Of a stretch of DNA of 64,000 nucleotides, positions 10,770 to 20,672 are shown one piece after another. Location of the stretch: NCBI GenBank assembly GCA_944324465.1, contig CALUWI010000001.1:33023-97022 (forward strand), given 5' to 3'. The position numbers were made by a program, and so were the translations under genes. How positions within the stretch are numbered: the first letter of the stretch is position 1; each line of letters begins with the position of its first letter. The notes beneath the pieces were generated by a model. It did no database searches, had not been told where the DNA came from, and was given only the letters and a program-made list of their open reading frames with translations. The DNA is from an uncultured Mucispirillum sp. GTDB taxonomy: Bacteria > Chrysiogenota > Deferribacteres > Deferribacterales > Mucispirillaceae.

Positions 10770-12989
10770 TTATTCACCTTGGCTTTCTGGGCTGATAATA
10801 CCTGTATCTTCATTTTCATTATTATTTAAAGGCTGATTTACAGGCTCTGCCTGATTATCAACAGCAGCAGGAGTTAACAGCTTAGTATTTTCTTCTACTG
10901 CTTTTTCATCTTCCTTAGCTGTTTTTTCAGCTGCTTCTTTTTCAGCTTTTTTTATTGCTTTTTGTCTTTCTTTTTCAGCCTTTTTCTCTGCTTTTTCTCT
11001 CTGAGCTTTTTCTCTATCCCTCTGGCTTTGAGTTTTCTGTGCTTCCTCTGGAGATAAGCCTTCTATTTCATTTTTAAGCTGAATAGACCTGCCTGTATCT
11101 GTAAAGGCTCCTTTATTAAATTCCTTATCACCTTGACGGTTAAAGTCTTCCATTGTAGCACGCTTGCCTTCCATAAGTTTTTTATTATCTTCAATAGTAT
11201 CAATAATATGTGCTGTTATGAAAAGCATAACATTTGTTTTTTGTGTTGTTGTAGTCTGGTTTTTGAAAAGCCAGCCTAAAATAGGTATCTGCGAAAGACC
11301 TGGAATACCTGATACTGTAGTAGTTGAGTCATCTTTTATCATACCTGAAATAACCATAATAGAATGGTTTTTCAGTTTAACTGTAGTATTTGTTGTCCTT
11401 GTAAGAGTAGTAGGTGCTGTAGAGCTTACTGCTGAGCCTGAAACCTTTTTAATTTCCTGTTCAATAGCAAGAGTTACCATATCATCACTTGAAATCTGCG
11501 GAGTAACTTTTAACTTTACACCAACATCTCTGTAATCAAAAGTTTGTATAGGGTTGTTATTTGAGTCATATTTTGTACTTGTCTGATACGGCATATTTTC
11601 ACCAACAAATACTTCTGCTGCTGAGTTATTTAATGTAAGTATCTGTGGATTTGAAATAATATTTATACCGCTTGATGACCTGACAGCAGAAACAAGTGCA
11701 CCAATAGATGGGAATTTTGCACCCTGAAATGATATAATATTACCAATTACACCAATACCAAGCCCTGCTGCACCAATACCAGAAATAGTTGATGCACCTT
11801 GAGTAAGAGAAGTAATAACACTTCCTAAACCGCCTGTATTTGCACTGCTGCCCACAAGTGCTCCAGACTCACTTCCTGCACCCATAAACCATTCAACACC
11901 AAACTGAGAACTTTTATCTATACTTGTTTCTAATATTAATGCTTCCACATATACCTGACGGCGTGGCACATCAAGTTTAGATATTAAAGAATCTAAGTTA
12001 TCATATAACTCTTTATCGCCTATTGCTAAAATAGAGTTTGTTGCGTTATCTGATGATATGCTTACTTTTGAATTAGATGATGATGTGGTAGCTGCTGTGC
12101 CTGTTTTACCTGCCTGCTGAGAAAGAGATGAAACCAGTTTTGATAAAACTTTTTCCACATCCTCTGCCCTTGCATTTTTTAAATAAAATACTCTAGGCTC
12201 TGTATTTATTGCCATATTTTTAGAGTCAAGGTTGTCTATTATTGTAGATATTCTTTCATAATCTTTTTTAGTGGCTGCAATAATTAATGTATTAGATATA
12301 TCATCTGAAATAATAACAGGTGATGTTGGGTTAATAGAGTTTTTTGCAAGCTCATTAAAAAATTTAGTAATCTGCTGCTCTATTTTACTTGCAATACTAT
12401 ACTGCAGTGGAAGTGTATAAAACTCATAGCCTGCAGCTACATTATCTACTTTATTAATTAAAGCTGTCATTTTTGCAATACGGGAAGCATCATCTCTAAC
12501 AACTATTATATTTAAACCTTTTACAGCTTCCACATAACCAGTTTTAGATTTCATTCTGTTTAATACTGGAAGAATAGTGGCAGCATTATAGTTATCAAGG
12601 GACATAACAGTAGTCATATACCCTTTTGCATTTCTGCCCACACCAGTCATTTTTATTTCTTCATCAAAAGCCTGCATATCTTTTTCGGCTACAATCTGTA
12701 TGCTGTCCCCTTTTGTGATAGGCTGATAACCATTTAACTTCATAACAGAATAAAAAATATCAAGAATTTCTTTTGCATCCATATTCTTTTGAGAAGAAAT
12801 AGTTACATTACCCCGTAAATCTGCCTCATTATATATAACATTTTTACCAGTAAATTCAGATACAAATGTAATAAAGTCTTTCATTGGCACATTTTTAAAG
12901 TTTACCGCATAATCGTTTTGCTGAGCATAAGCACTGCAGGCAAAAAATACTGCAAAAAGGAATTGTAATAAAAATAGTTTCTTTCTCAT
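10770..12989 (-). CDS. gspD: Type II secretion secretin D
   Basis: Signal peptide, N0 domain VNFKNVPMKDFI, LDVPRRQVYVEALI, YRDVGVKLKVTPQI, IPGLSQIPILGWLFK. Confidence 0.95.
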   Translation of the reverse strand: MRKKLFLLQFLFAVFFACSAYAQQNDYAVNFKNVPMKDFITFVSEFTGKNVIYNEADLRGNVTISSQKNMDAKEILDIFYSVMKLNGYQPITKGDSIQIVAEKDMQAFDEEIKMTGVGRNAKGYMTTVMSLDNYNAATILPVLNRMKSKTGYVEAVKGLNIIVVRDDASRIAKMTALINKVDNVAAGYEFYTLPLQYSIASKIEQQITKFFNELAKNSINPTSPVIISDDISNTLIIAATKKDYERISTIIDNLDSKNMAINTEPRVFYLKNARAEDVEKVLSKLVSSLSQQAGKTGTAATTSSSNSKVSISSDNATNSILAIGDKELYDNLDSLISKLDVPRRQVYVEALILETSIDKSSQFGVEWFMGAGSESGALVGSSANTGGLGSVITSLTQGASTISGIGAAGLGIGVIGNIISFQGAKFPSIGALVSAVRSSSGINIISNPQILTLNNSAAEVFVGENMPYQTSTKYDSNNNPIQTFDYRDVGVKLKVTPQISSDDMVTLAIEQEIKKVSGSAVSSTAPTTLTRTTNTTVKLKNHSIMVISGMIKDDSTTTVSGIPGLSQIPILGWLFKNQTTTTQKTNVMLFITAHIIDTIEDNKKLMEGKRATMEDFNRQGDKEFNKGAFTDTGRSIQLKNEIEGLSPEEAQKTQSQRDREKAQREKAEKKAEKERQKAIKKAEKEAAEKTAKEDEKAVEENTKLLTPAAVDNQAEPVNQPLNNNENEDTGIISPESQGE

Positions 12990-13882
12990 CTAATTTCCAC
13001 AAACAATGATTTTTTTTCATTATTTCTCAGCATATCTACATTTAATGCTGATATATCATCAACTTGAGAGAACATATTAAATAATGCTGCAGGATTTGTA
13101 AGCTCGCTGCCATTAATTCTGGTAATAACATCACCTACTTTTAAGCCCAGCTTTAATAATGGCGATTCAGGCTTTAACATAGCCACTCTGTAGCCTACAA
13201 AATTGCCATCTTCATAAAAAGTGGCAACCCTTGCACTTTGAAGCACTTTATTTATATCTTTCAAGTCATTTTTCAGTTCATCTCTAGGAACAGTAATATT
13301 TATATTTGCACCACTGTCCTGTATTTTTACACCAGTATTTAGTGCCTGTGCTGTCTGTTTTTTAGGAATAGACTGCACAACTGCACCATTATCTATAACT
13401 ATTGAATATCTTTTTTTATCCTTTTCTATAGTGGCAAAGCTGAATGATAAATCAACTAATGTAATGCCTTCTTTAGTTTTACCAAGAGAGATACTTACAG
13501 TATTATTATCAAGATTAATTGTAGCTATACCTGCATGATTAACTTCATCATAAATAATACCTATTAAAGCAGCTTTAAATGGGGGCGGTGGATTTAATGG
13601 AGCACCATCTTTTGTAACAATTGGTTTACCATCTTCGCCAATTTCTGCACCAGTATTAGCAACCTGTGCAGGAGTAACATCTAATAGAAAGATATTTTTA
13701 GCAATAATATCTTCTGCTGCTTTATGTACATCTAAATTATCTTTTTCTACTTTTTTTATCCTTGGTACAGGCAAAGGTTTTGGTGCCATAAAAGCACTTC
13801 CTGCTATTACTGAAATTAAATAACCTGCTGCTATACCTATAACTATAGGATAAACTATATAAGGAAGTTTAAAATTTACCAT
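12986..13882 (-). CDS. gspC: Type II secretion protein C with C-terminal PDZ domain
   Basis: N-terminal TM, HR-like domain, PDZ (LGLKVGDVITRING); upstream of gspD. Confidence 0.85.
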   Translation of the reverse strand: MVNFKLPYIVYPIVIGIAAGYLISVIAGSAFMAPKPLPVPRIKKVEKDNLDVHKAAEDIIAKNIFLLDVTPAQVANTGAEIGEDGKPIVTKDGAPLNPPPPFKAALIGIIYDEVNHAGIATINLDNNTVSISLGKTKEGITLVDLSFSFATIEKDKKRYSIVIDNGAVVQSIPKKQTAQALNTGVKIQDSGANINITVPRDELKNDLKDINKVLQSARVATFYEDGNFVGYRVAMLKPESPLLKLGLKVGDVITRINGSELTNPAALFNMFSQVDDISALNVDMLRNNEKKSLFVEIR

Positions 13883-13946
13883 GCTATATGAAATATCAAT
13901 TTATCACATAAATTGCAAACATTTTTTTATATCATCATCACTTTCT

Positions 13947-14387
13947 CTATAATTTCTCAACAAAAAAAATTGTTAAATCATTAAGAGGATATGCTATAAA
14001 TACATTAATATTAAAGAAACTGTGGAATAAGACAGGCAGTAATAAAGTTTTATACTTATCATATAAATATCCAAAAAATAAAGAAGGAAAAAATACCAGT
14101 AAATATATAAATGCAAAATCATTTAATATTAAATGGATAAATGTAAAAATTGATGATGATATAATACTGCCGTATGAAATGTGTAGAAAAATACCAGATT
14201 TTAAAAAATTATTTATACTTTTTTGAACTAATCCTCTGAATATAAACTCCTCTAATAAAGGCGAAGCAAAAAGAAAGAGAACAATATTATATAATGATAT
14301 ACTTGATATACCGTAAAGATAAATACAGCATACAAAATATACAGATACAGCAGTAAAAATAATTATTGGCAAAATATATTTTTTCAT
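13947..14387 (-). CDS. CPBP (Rce1/CAAX-like) glutamic intramembrane protease, minimal form
   Basis: PLLEEFIFRG, FTFIH, FFPSLFFG, LFHSFFN motifs in a 146-aa hydrophobic protein. Confidence 0.85.
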   Translation of the reverse strand: MKKYILPIIIFTAVSVYFVCCIYLYGISSISLYNIVLFLFASPLLEEFIFRGLVQKSINNFLKSGIFLHISYGSIISSSIFTFIHLILNDFAFIYLLVFFPSLFFGYLYDKYKTLLLPVLFHSFFNINVFIAYPLNDLTIFFVEKL

Positions 14388-14496
14388 ACATTATATGTAT
14401 CGTACAATTATTTGAAAAATTAAATGATTTATTGATTTTTTTAATGTTTTATGATATTTTTTGATAAATTTAATAAATAGAAAGAGGTTGTTAAAT

Positions 14497-14946
14497 ATGG
14501 AAAAAAGAAGAATGCGTCCAGGGTTTACACTGATTGAGCTTATGGTTGTTCTTGTTATTTTAGGTCTTTTAGCTACATTTATCGGACCAAAAATTATGAG
14601 TGCACCAGATAAAGCAAGAGTAACAAAAGCCATAAATGACATAAAAGCCTTAGAAAGCGGCTTAAATATGTATAAACTTGATAATGGTAACTACCCTACT
14701 ACAGACCAAGGTCTGCAGGCACTTGTTGAAAAACCAGAGTTAGAGCCTATACCTAACAACTGGAGCCCAGGTGGATATCTTTCAACAACTACTGTTCCAA
14801 AAGACCCATGGGGTAACGACTATATTTACAGAAGCCCAACAGAAGATGAAAACAGAGATTATGAAATCATCACTTTCGGAGCAGACGGCCAGGAAGGTGG
14901 CGAAAACTATAATGCAGATATTGCATCATATACTATAGGACAGTAA
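14497..14946 (+). CDS. gspG: Type II secretion major pseudopilin G
   Basis: G|FTLIELMVV prepilin site, [28 protein letters not shown]; ATG 14497 after a gagg RBS. Confidence 0.96.
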   Translation: MEKRRMRPGFTLIELMVVLVILGLLATFIGPKIMSAPDKARVTKAINDIKALESGLNMYKLDNGNYPTTDQGLQALVEKPELEPIPNNWSPGGYLSTTTVPKDPWGNDYIYRSPTEDENRDYEIITFGADGQEGGENYNADIASYTIGQ

Positions 14947-14955
14947 TTTTATTAT

Positions 14956-14992
14956 AAAGGGAAAGGGGGCAGCTCTACTTTCCCTTTGTTTT
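14956..14992 (+). terminator. Intra-operon stem-loop after gspG
   Basis: aaagggaaag (14956-65) / ctttcccttt (14978-87) followed by gttttt. Confidence 0.65.
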
Positions 14993-14998
14993 TCATAT

Positions 14999-15442
14999 AT
15001 GCATAAAATACATAAATATAAAAAAGCATTTACCTTAATGGAAATAATGATAGTTATGCTTATTATAGGCATAGGGCTTATGAGCTTAACTCCTAAATTT
15101 ACATCAAAAAGTGTAGGTGTAGACCCGCAGCTTGATTATCTGGATAAGCTCATAAAAACAGAATGGGAACGCTCTATAGAACTGGGGCAGCCTATAGTTA
15201 TTACAGGTTTTAAAGGAAGTGCTAATTTATTAAATCACGACAAAGAAACTAAAACAATACCTGATATTAAAGAAGTAACAGATGCAGTAATTAACCGCTA
15301 TCAAACTCAAGGTAATGAATATGCAATCAGAATATATCCTGACGGAATGTGCGATTACTTTGAATTAACCTTAAATGATGGCAGAATAATAGAATCTATT
15401 CCACTGCTTATGGCTACAAGGTATAAAAAAACTGAGGAATAA
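14999..15442 (+). CDS. gspH: Minor pseudopilin H
   Basis: A|FTLMEIMIV prepilin site; position after gspG. Confidence 0.75.
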   Translation: MHKIHKYKKAFTLMEIMIVMLIIGIGLMSLTPKFTSKSVGVDPQLDYLDKLIKTEWERSIELGQPIVITGFKGSANLLNHDKETKTIPDIKEVTDAVINRYQTQGNEYAIRIYPDGMCDYFELTLNDGRIIESIPLLMATRYKKTEE

Positions 15443-15813
15443 TGAAGCAGAATAAATTAAAAAAAGGCTTTACTCTTTTAGAAGTAATGATTGCTCTTGC
15501 AGTATTAAGTATTAGTATGCTTGGTATTTATTCTCTACAGAATATGTCATTAAAAACATTAATTTCTGCTAAAGAAAAAATGTTTGTTATAGAAAGAGGA
15601 TATGACAGAATAAGCCGCCAGATTAATTTTCCTAATAAAGCCTATGAAGAAGTGGAAGATTATAACGGTACATTAGTTTATTATTCCTTTTTAAAAGAAT
15701 CATCAGGCGTACCAATGGTGCAGAAAATCACAATGACCGTTTCCACCAGTAATGCAAGCACTACATTTGTTTATTATGAAAAAGCCTCAGGCGGCACAGG
15801 GTTTGGAATGTGA
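15442..15813 (+). CDS. gspI: Minor pseudopilin I
   Basis: G|FTLLEVMIALAVL; 123 aa; gene order. Confidence 0.8.
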   Translation: MKQNKLKKGFTLLEVMIALAVLSISMLGIYSLQNMSLKTLISAKEKMFVIERGYDRISRQINFPNKAYEEVEDYNGTLVYYSFLKESSGVPMVQKITMTVSTSNASTTFVYYEKASGGTGFGM

Positions 15814-16334
15814 TGAAAAAAGGCTTTACTCTTTTAGAACTTCTTATTGCTGCTGCCATATCTTCCATTGTGGCTCTTGGTGTATTTTCCATTTTTTCAT
15901 CTATTGCCAATATGCGTGACAGCTCTATTACTCAAAGCAGAAATATTATTCTGCAGGAATCTCTTACAAGGCTTATAAACAGAGATGCCAGAATGATGAT
16001 AGGAAGCTCTATATCTCTTGATAAATCAGGTCAGGTATATAGGCTTAAATTTTCAACACAAAATAGTATGCGTTTTAATAAAGCACTGCCTGTAGATGTT
16101 ACATATTATATAGATGATGAAAACTATCTTGTAAGAAAAGAAGAAAATAACGATACAGCTTTCAGTATGGAAATGCGGATAATTCCAAATGTAACAGAAT
16201 TTTCTGCCACTTTTTATGACGGCACAGAATATAAAGAAGATGTTGTTGCTAATGCTAAAATGATGAATATTACTGTAAAAATAAATGAGCAGCAGATAGT
16301 TATACCAGTAGCTCGAACAATGGATAATACTTAG
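15810..16334 (+). CDS. gspJ: Minor pseudopilin J
   Basis: G|FTLLELLIA; gene order. Confidence 0.8.
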   Translation: MMKKGFTLLELLIAAAISSIVALGVFSIFSSIANMRDSSITQSRNIILQESLTRLINRDARMMIGSSISLDKSGQVYRLKFSTQNSMRFNKALPVDVTYYIDDENYLVRKEENNDTAFSMEMRIIPNVTEFSATFYDGTEYKEDVVANAKMMNITVKINEQQIVIPVARTMDNT

Positions 16335-17246
16335 ATGAATAAAAATATGAAAAAAGGCTCTATTTTAGTTACTGTATTAATTATTATTGCAGCCTGCACT
16401 ACATTAGTATTATTTATACATGAAAAAACAATGAATGCTTACGGCACAGTTATTACTCTGCAAAATGATTATCAGGGTGCAATATATGCAATGACTGCAG
16501 TACAGGCATTAGAAATGGCTTTTCAGTATGATGAAGAAACTTATGATTCATCATCTGATATATGGGCACAAATTCCGCCTATACCACTTGATAATGGCTT
16601 TATGACAGTTTATATGACACCACTTAACTCAAAAGTGCCATTAGCAGGTCTTGTATCAAATGATGAAAAACTTAGGGAAAGAACAGAAAATGCAGTTACC
16701 ACCCTTTTGTCTGAACTAGAGCTTACAGAATCAGATATTTATGAGCTTAAAACATGGGTAGGCTCATCTGACCCCACAGGCGAAAGGTTTGATGAAAACA
16801 GTGCACCATATAGTGCAAAATCATCACAGCTGCAGACTTTAGCTGAACTTGCCTTTATTCCATCATTTAAAGATGAATATAAAAAGCTGACTCCTTATGT
16901 TTCAATAGCAGGCGACAGCAATAAAATAAATTTAAATATGGCTTCAGCGGAAGTGATAAAAGCTTATGTTCCTGAACTTGAACCTTATGTGGAAGATATT
17001 ATTTCCACAAGAGAAACAGAGCCTTTTAAAGATGTTTCAGCAATATATCAGTTAATGGGTTCTGCTATGCAGGATGAGTACAGCAAGATTTTACCATACA
17101 TTAATGTAAAATCTTCTTTATTTTATATTAAACTTGAATTAAATATAGGAGATGATAATATTTACTATCATCTGCTTGTCCAAAGAAACGGCACAAATGT
17201 TTCCCCTGTTAAATATATTGAGGGGAATAGTATAGACTATTTTTAA
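16335..17246 (+). CDS. gspK: Minor pseudopilin K
   Basis: G|SILVTVL without E5, LQTLAEL, KINLNMASAEVI motifs. Confidence 0.85.
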   Translation: MNKNMKKGSILVTVLIIIAACTTLVLFIHEKTMNAYGTVITLQNDYQGAIYAMTAVQALEMAFQYDEETYDSSSDIWAQIPPIPLDNGFMTVYMTPLNSKVPLAGLVSNDEKLRERTENAVTTLLSELELTESDIYELKTWVGSSDPTGERFDENSAPYSAKSSQLQTLAELAFIPSFKDEYKKLTPYVSIAGDSNKINLNMASAEVIKAYVPELEPYVEDIISTRETEPFKDVSAIYQLMGSAMQDEYSKILPYINVKSSLFYIKLELNIGDDNIYYHLLVQRNGTNVSPVKYIEGNSIDYF

Positions 17247-17261
17247 TTTTGGAGCATTATT

Positions 17262-18275
17262 TTGAGTAACTCTGAAAATAACTATTATTTAAAAGATGGA
17301 TTACTTTATAAACTGACTGGTGCGTCAATGTACCGTGTAAGCAGTGATGATGTAATTGGCGACAGCAGTAAATCTGCCCTGCTGATAGATGATACTTACT
17401 TTTTTTATATAGGCATGGAAAATATATCTACAAGTGCAAAAAAACTGCATGCTATTGCTGCAAACTATTTAAATGTGCTTTTCCCTGCTGATATGGTAAA
17501 AGAGTATGGAGTATTTCAAAATTCTGGCAAGACTATAATATATGTTATTAACCAGACACTAATAGATATTATATCTGAAAATGCAGAAATATTTACAGGC
17601 TTTAAGAAAATATCTACACCATTTTTAGAGCAGTGCATAAAATACAATGAGTTTATTTTTTCAGACGGCAGTAAAAAATACAGACTTTCTGAAAATATGG
17701 TATCGTTAATAGAAGATAAAGATGTAGACTGTATCACAGCAAAAGATTTGTTTGAAACAATGCAGACAGTAAAATATTCTATGATGCTTCCTGGGGTTGT
17801 TAGAAAATCTGCTATGAAACTACCACTTGCTGCCCCTGCTGCACTGCTTGGAATTATTTATCTTGTTATGATTATAGGAAGTATCAGCGAAATAGCTGCC
17901 TATAACAGAATAAATAAATATTATGAAGATGCACTTTCAAAAGTATATAATAATTTAGGTGTTGCCTCATCTAAAGACCCTTACGGCTCACTTGTGCAGC
18001 AGTCTAAGTCTGTTACTGCAGCAGGAACAAGTGAAAGAATATTAAGTATTTTAAATAACTTAAATGATGCTGGCATTGAAGGTATTATGTTTGATAATAT
18101 TAATATCCGTGATGATGATATTAGAGTATCAGGCACAGCCACAAGCTTTGCTCAGGTTGATGAAATTAAAAGAATTATGGAAAATAAATTACAGTCTACA
18201 GTAAATGTAGATGATACTAAAAAAACAAAAGACGGTATTTCATTTACAATGAAATATACAAAGGCTCAAAGGTAA
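17262..18275 (+). CDS. gspL: Type II secretion protein L-like
   Basis: Cytoplasmic domain, single TM and periplasmic PilN/GspL-like domain (IRVSGTATSFAQVDEIK); gene order. Confidence 0.65.
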   Translation: MSNSENNYYLKDGLLYKLTGASMYRVSSDDVIGDSSKSALLIDDTYFFYIGMENISTSAKKLHAIAANYLNVLFPADMVKEYGVFQNSGKTIIYVINQTLIDIISENAEIFTGFKKISTPFLEQCIKYNEFIFSDGSKKYRLSENMVSLIEDKDVDCITAKDLFETMQTVKYSMMLPGVVRKSAMKLPLAAPAALLGIIYLVMIIGSISEIAAYNRINKYYEDALSKVYNNLGVASSKDPYGSLVQQSKSVTAAGTSERILSILNNLNDAGIEGIMFDNINIRDDDIRVSGTATSFAQVDEIKRIMENKLQSTVNVDDTKKTKDGISFTMKYTKAQR

Positions 18276-18278
18276 TAT

Positions 18279-18938
18279 ATGGAAAAATTAAAAGAGATTT
18301 TTCATAAACTAAAAACTACTGAAATTAAATTTAAAAAGCCTGATTTTAGTGCTTTAAAAGAAAAAGCAGCATCTAACAATATTTCTGAAAGTTCAGCAGG
18401 TAAATTCAGCCTGCAAAGTTTAAGAAATATTTCATTACAGGATATTAAAAATTTTGATGTCCGCAGTTTTTATATCCGCTATAAACAGCAGATATTAACA
18501 TCATTTGTTGTAGTTATGGGCATATTTTTCCTATTCTACTGGACGAATGCTTTTCTCAGCTCCAAAATAGAATCAGCAAAAACAGCATCAGATAATACAT
18601 ATAAAAAACTGGAAAAAGTTGCAAATATGGCAGGTCAGATTCAGTTTGCAAAATCAACAGGCATTAATGCTATGACACAAACCCTGCTTGTATATATCCA
18701 AAATACAGGCTCTACCCTTGGAATATCTGATAAAATAGTGAATTTAAGACCTGTTGGTGCTTCAAAAGGTATTGAGCATGTTACATTAAGGCTTGAAAAC
18801 TTGTATTATGATGAATTTATCAAATTTATTGCAGATATTGAAAAATATGATAATTTAAGCATAAAAGTTATTAACTTTAATAAAAGATATGATAACCCTA
18901 AAATGATTGATTCTTCTATTGAAATAGTAAAAATGTAA
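18279..18938 (+). CDS. gspM: Type II secretion protein M-like
   Basis: Single TM, coiled coil, ferredoxin-like C-terminus; follows gspL. Confidence 0.6.
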   Translation: MEKLKEIFHKLKTTEIKFKKPDFSALKEKAASNNISESSAGKFSLQSLRNISLQDIKNFDVRSFYIRYKQQILTSFVVVMGIFFLFYWTNAFLSSKIESAKTASDNTYKKLEKVANMAGQIQFAKSTGINAMTQTLLVYIQNTGSTLGISDKIVNLRPVGASKGIEHVTLRLENLYYDEFIKFIADIEKYDNLSIKVINFNKRYDNPKMIDSSIEIVKM

Positions 18939-18958
18939 CCATTAATAAGGAATTAATA

Positions 18959-19675
18959 ATGAATAAAAAACAAATTATATTTTCTGTTCTTGCTTTTTTT
19001 GCAGCATTTATACTTACTTTAATAGTAACATTTCCACTAAGCTCTGTTGCATCAAAAATAATAGCAGATACTGTTACAAAAAACAAAATTGATTTAAGAT
19101 ACGATAAAATTGATATCACTTTTTTTGGTGCATCTGCATCAAATATTCAAACAGGGCCGCTTGTTATAAAAAATGTAGAACTTAATTATAACCCGATTGG
19201 TCTTTTGTTTAAAAGAATATCGTTTAAAGCAGATTCCCCTGCATTTATGCTGACAGGTAAACTTTCAGGCAATGAGCTAAATGCTGATATTAAAGCATCT
19301 GTTGCAGGAATTGCACAAATTACAGGCATGACAGGAAGCGGCACAGTAAACGGAAAAATAGAATATAATATAAAAGATGAAAAAGGCGTTGTGAATGTGG
19401 AAAGTCCTAATAAAGTATCCTTTAATCATCCATTAATGCCTGTAGCTGTTGATTCTTTAAAAGGTCAGGCAGATATTAATAAAAATAAACTTACTATTAA
19501 AAACTTATCTGCAAAAGGTGCAAACTCATTAAATGTAACTGGATATGTTGATTTAAATAAACAGAAAATAGATACATCTGTGTTAAATATAAATGGTGAA
19601 GCATCTATGGGCAATTATCCGTTAAAATTTGCATTAACAGGCCCTGCCCGTGCTCCAAAATTTTCCATAAAATAA
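18959..19675 (+). CDS. gspN: Type II secretion protein N-like
   Basis: N-terminal TM with VTFP, beta-rich repeats; terminal position in the gsp operon. Confidence 0.6.
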   Translation: MNKKQIIFSVLAFFAAFILTLIVTFPLSSVASKIIADTVTKNKIDLRYDKIDITFFGASASNIQTGPLVIKNVELNYNPIGLLFKRISFKADSPAFMLTGKLSGNELNADIKASVAGIAQITGMTGSGTVNGKIEYNIKDEKGVVNVESPNKVSFNHPLMPVAVDSLKGQADINKNKLTIKNLSAKGANSLNVTGYVDLNKQKIDTSVLNINGEASMGNYPLKFALTGPARAPKFSIK

Positions 19676-19686
19676 GAGGTTTAATT

Positions 19687-20457
19687 ATGATTAGTGTTAA
19701 AGGAAGGCTGGTATTAATAACTGGTGCAACTTCTGGTATAGGCAGAGCCTGTGCAGAAATATATGCACAAAATGGTGCAAATCTTATAATTACTGGAAGA
19801 CGGGATGACAGACTTGCAAAAATACAAAATGAGCTTGAAAATAAGTATAAAATAATAGCAACACCATACTGTTTTGATGTAAGAGACAGAGAAGCAGTTG
19901 CAGCATTTGGGCAGGAACTTAAAAATAAACACTTAACACCTTATATTTTCATAAATAATGCAGGGCTTGCAAAAGGAATATCTGCTATTCAAGATGGCGA
20001 CATAGATGACTGGGAAGATATGATAGATACAAATGTAAAAGGCTTTTTATATATGGCAAGAGCCATACTTCCTTTAATGATAGAAAAGAATGAAGGCACT
20101 GTTATAAACCTTGGCAGTATTGCGGGCAGTCAGGTATATCCAGGCGGTAATGTTTATAATGCTACAAAACATGCTGTAAGAGCATTAAATCAGGCAATGA
20201 ATATGGATATGCTTAAAACAAATATCAGAATATCTACTATTGAACCAGGGGCAGTTGAAACAGAATTTTCACTTGTTCGTTTTAATGGTGATAAAGAAAA
20301 AGCAGATAATGTTTATAAAGGTTTTAAACCACTTTCACCTGCAGATATTGCTGATATTATTTACTTTATGACTACTCTGCCAGAACATATTAATATACAT
20401 AACCTGCTTGTAACTCCTACAGCACAGCGTTCTGCATCACTTTTTAACAGGCAGTAG
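19687..20457 (+). CDS. SDR family NADP-dependent oxidoreductase (YdfG-like)
   Basis: ITGATSGIG, INNAG, YNATK, IEPGAVETEF. Confidence 0.92.
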   Translation: MISVKGRLVLITGATSGIGRACAEIYAQNGANLIITGRRDDRLAKIQNELENKYKIIATPYCFDVRDREAVAAFGQELKNKHLTPYIFINNAGLAKGISAIQDGDIDDWEDMIDTNVKGFLYMARAILPLMIEKNEGTVINLGSIAGSQVYPGGNVYNATKHAVRALNQAMNMDMLKTNIRISTIEPGAVETEFSLVRFNGDKEKADNVYKGFKPLSPADIADIIYFMTTLPEHINIHNLLVTPTAQRSASLFNRQ

Positions 20458-20672
20458 TTATTTTTCAGCAAAAATATTAATACAAATTTAAATATTTTAT
20501 ATTCTTCGTTATATTCTTAATGAATACAGCGAAGAATCATATTAATAATCAAATAAATATAGTATAATCATAATGCTAAAAAACAGCACTTCATACTTAT
20601 AAGAAATATTAATAATCCAACCAGAGAGATATACAGGACTATACTCTAAAAAAGAGGTATAATGGCAGAAAA

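Noticed and set aside
15459-15839. 24-bp direct repeat aaaaaaggctttactcttttagaa at the starts of gspI and gspJ
   Set aside because: Explained by the shared KKGFTLLE prepilin cleavage motif in AT-biased codons.
20458-20672. AT-rich intergenic gap with a weak attcttcg/cgaagaat inverted repeat
   Set aside because: Consistent with an ordinary terminator region between convergent genes; no ORF or repeat family evident.
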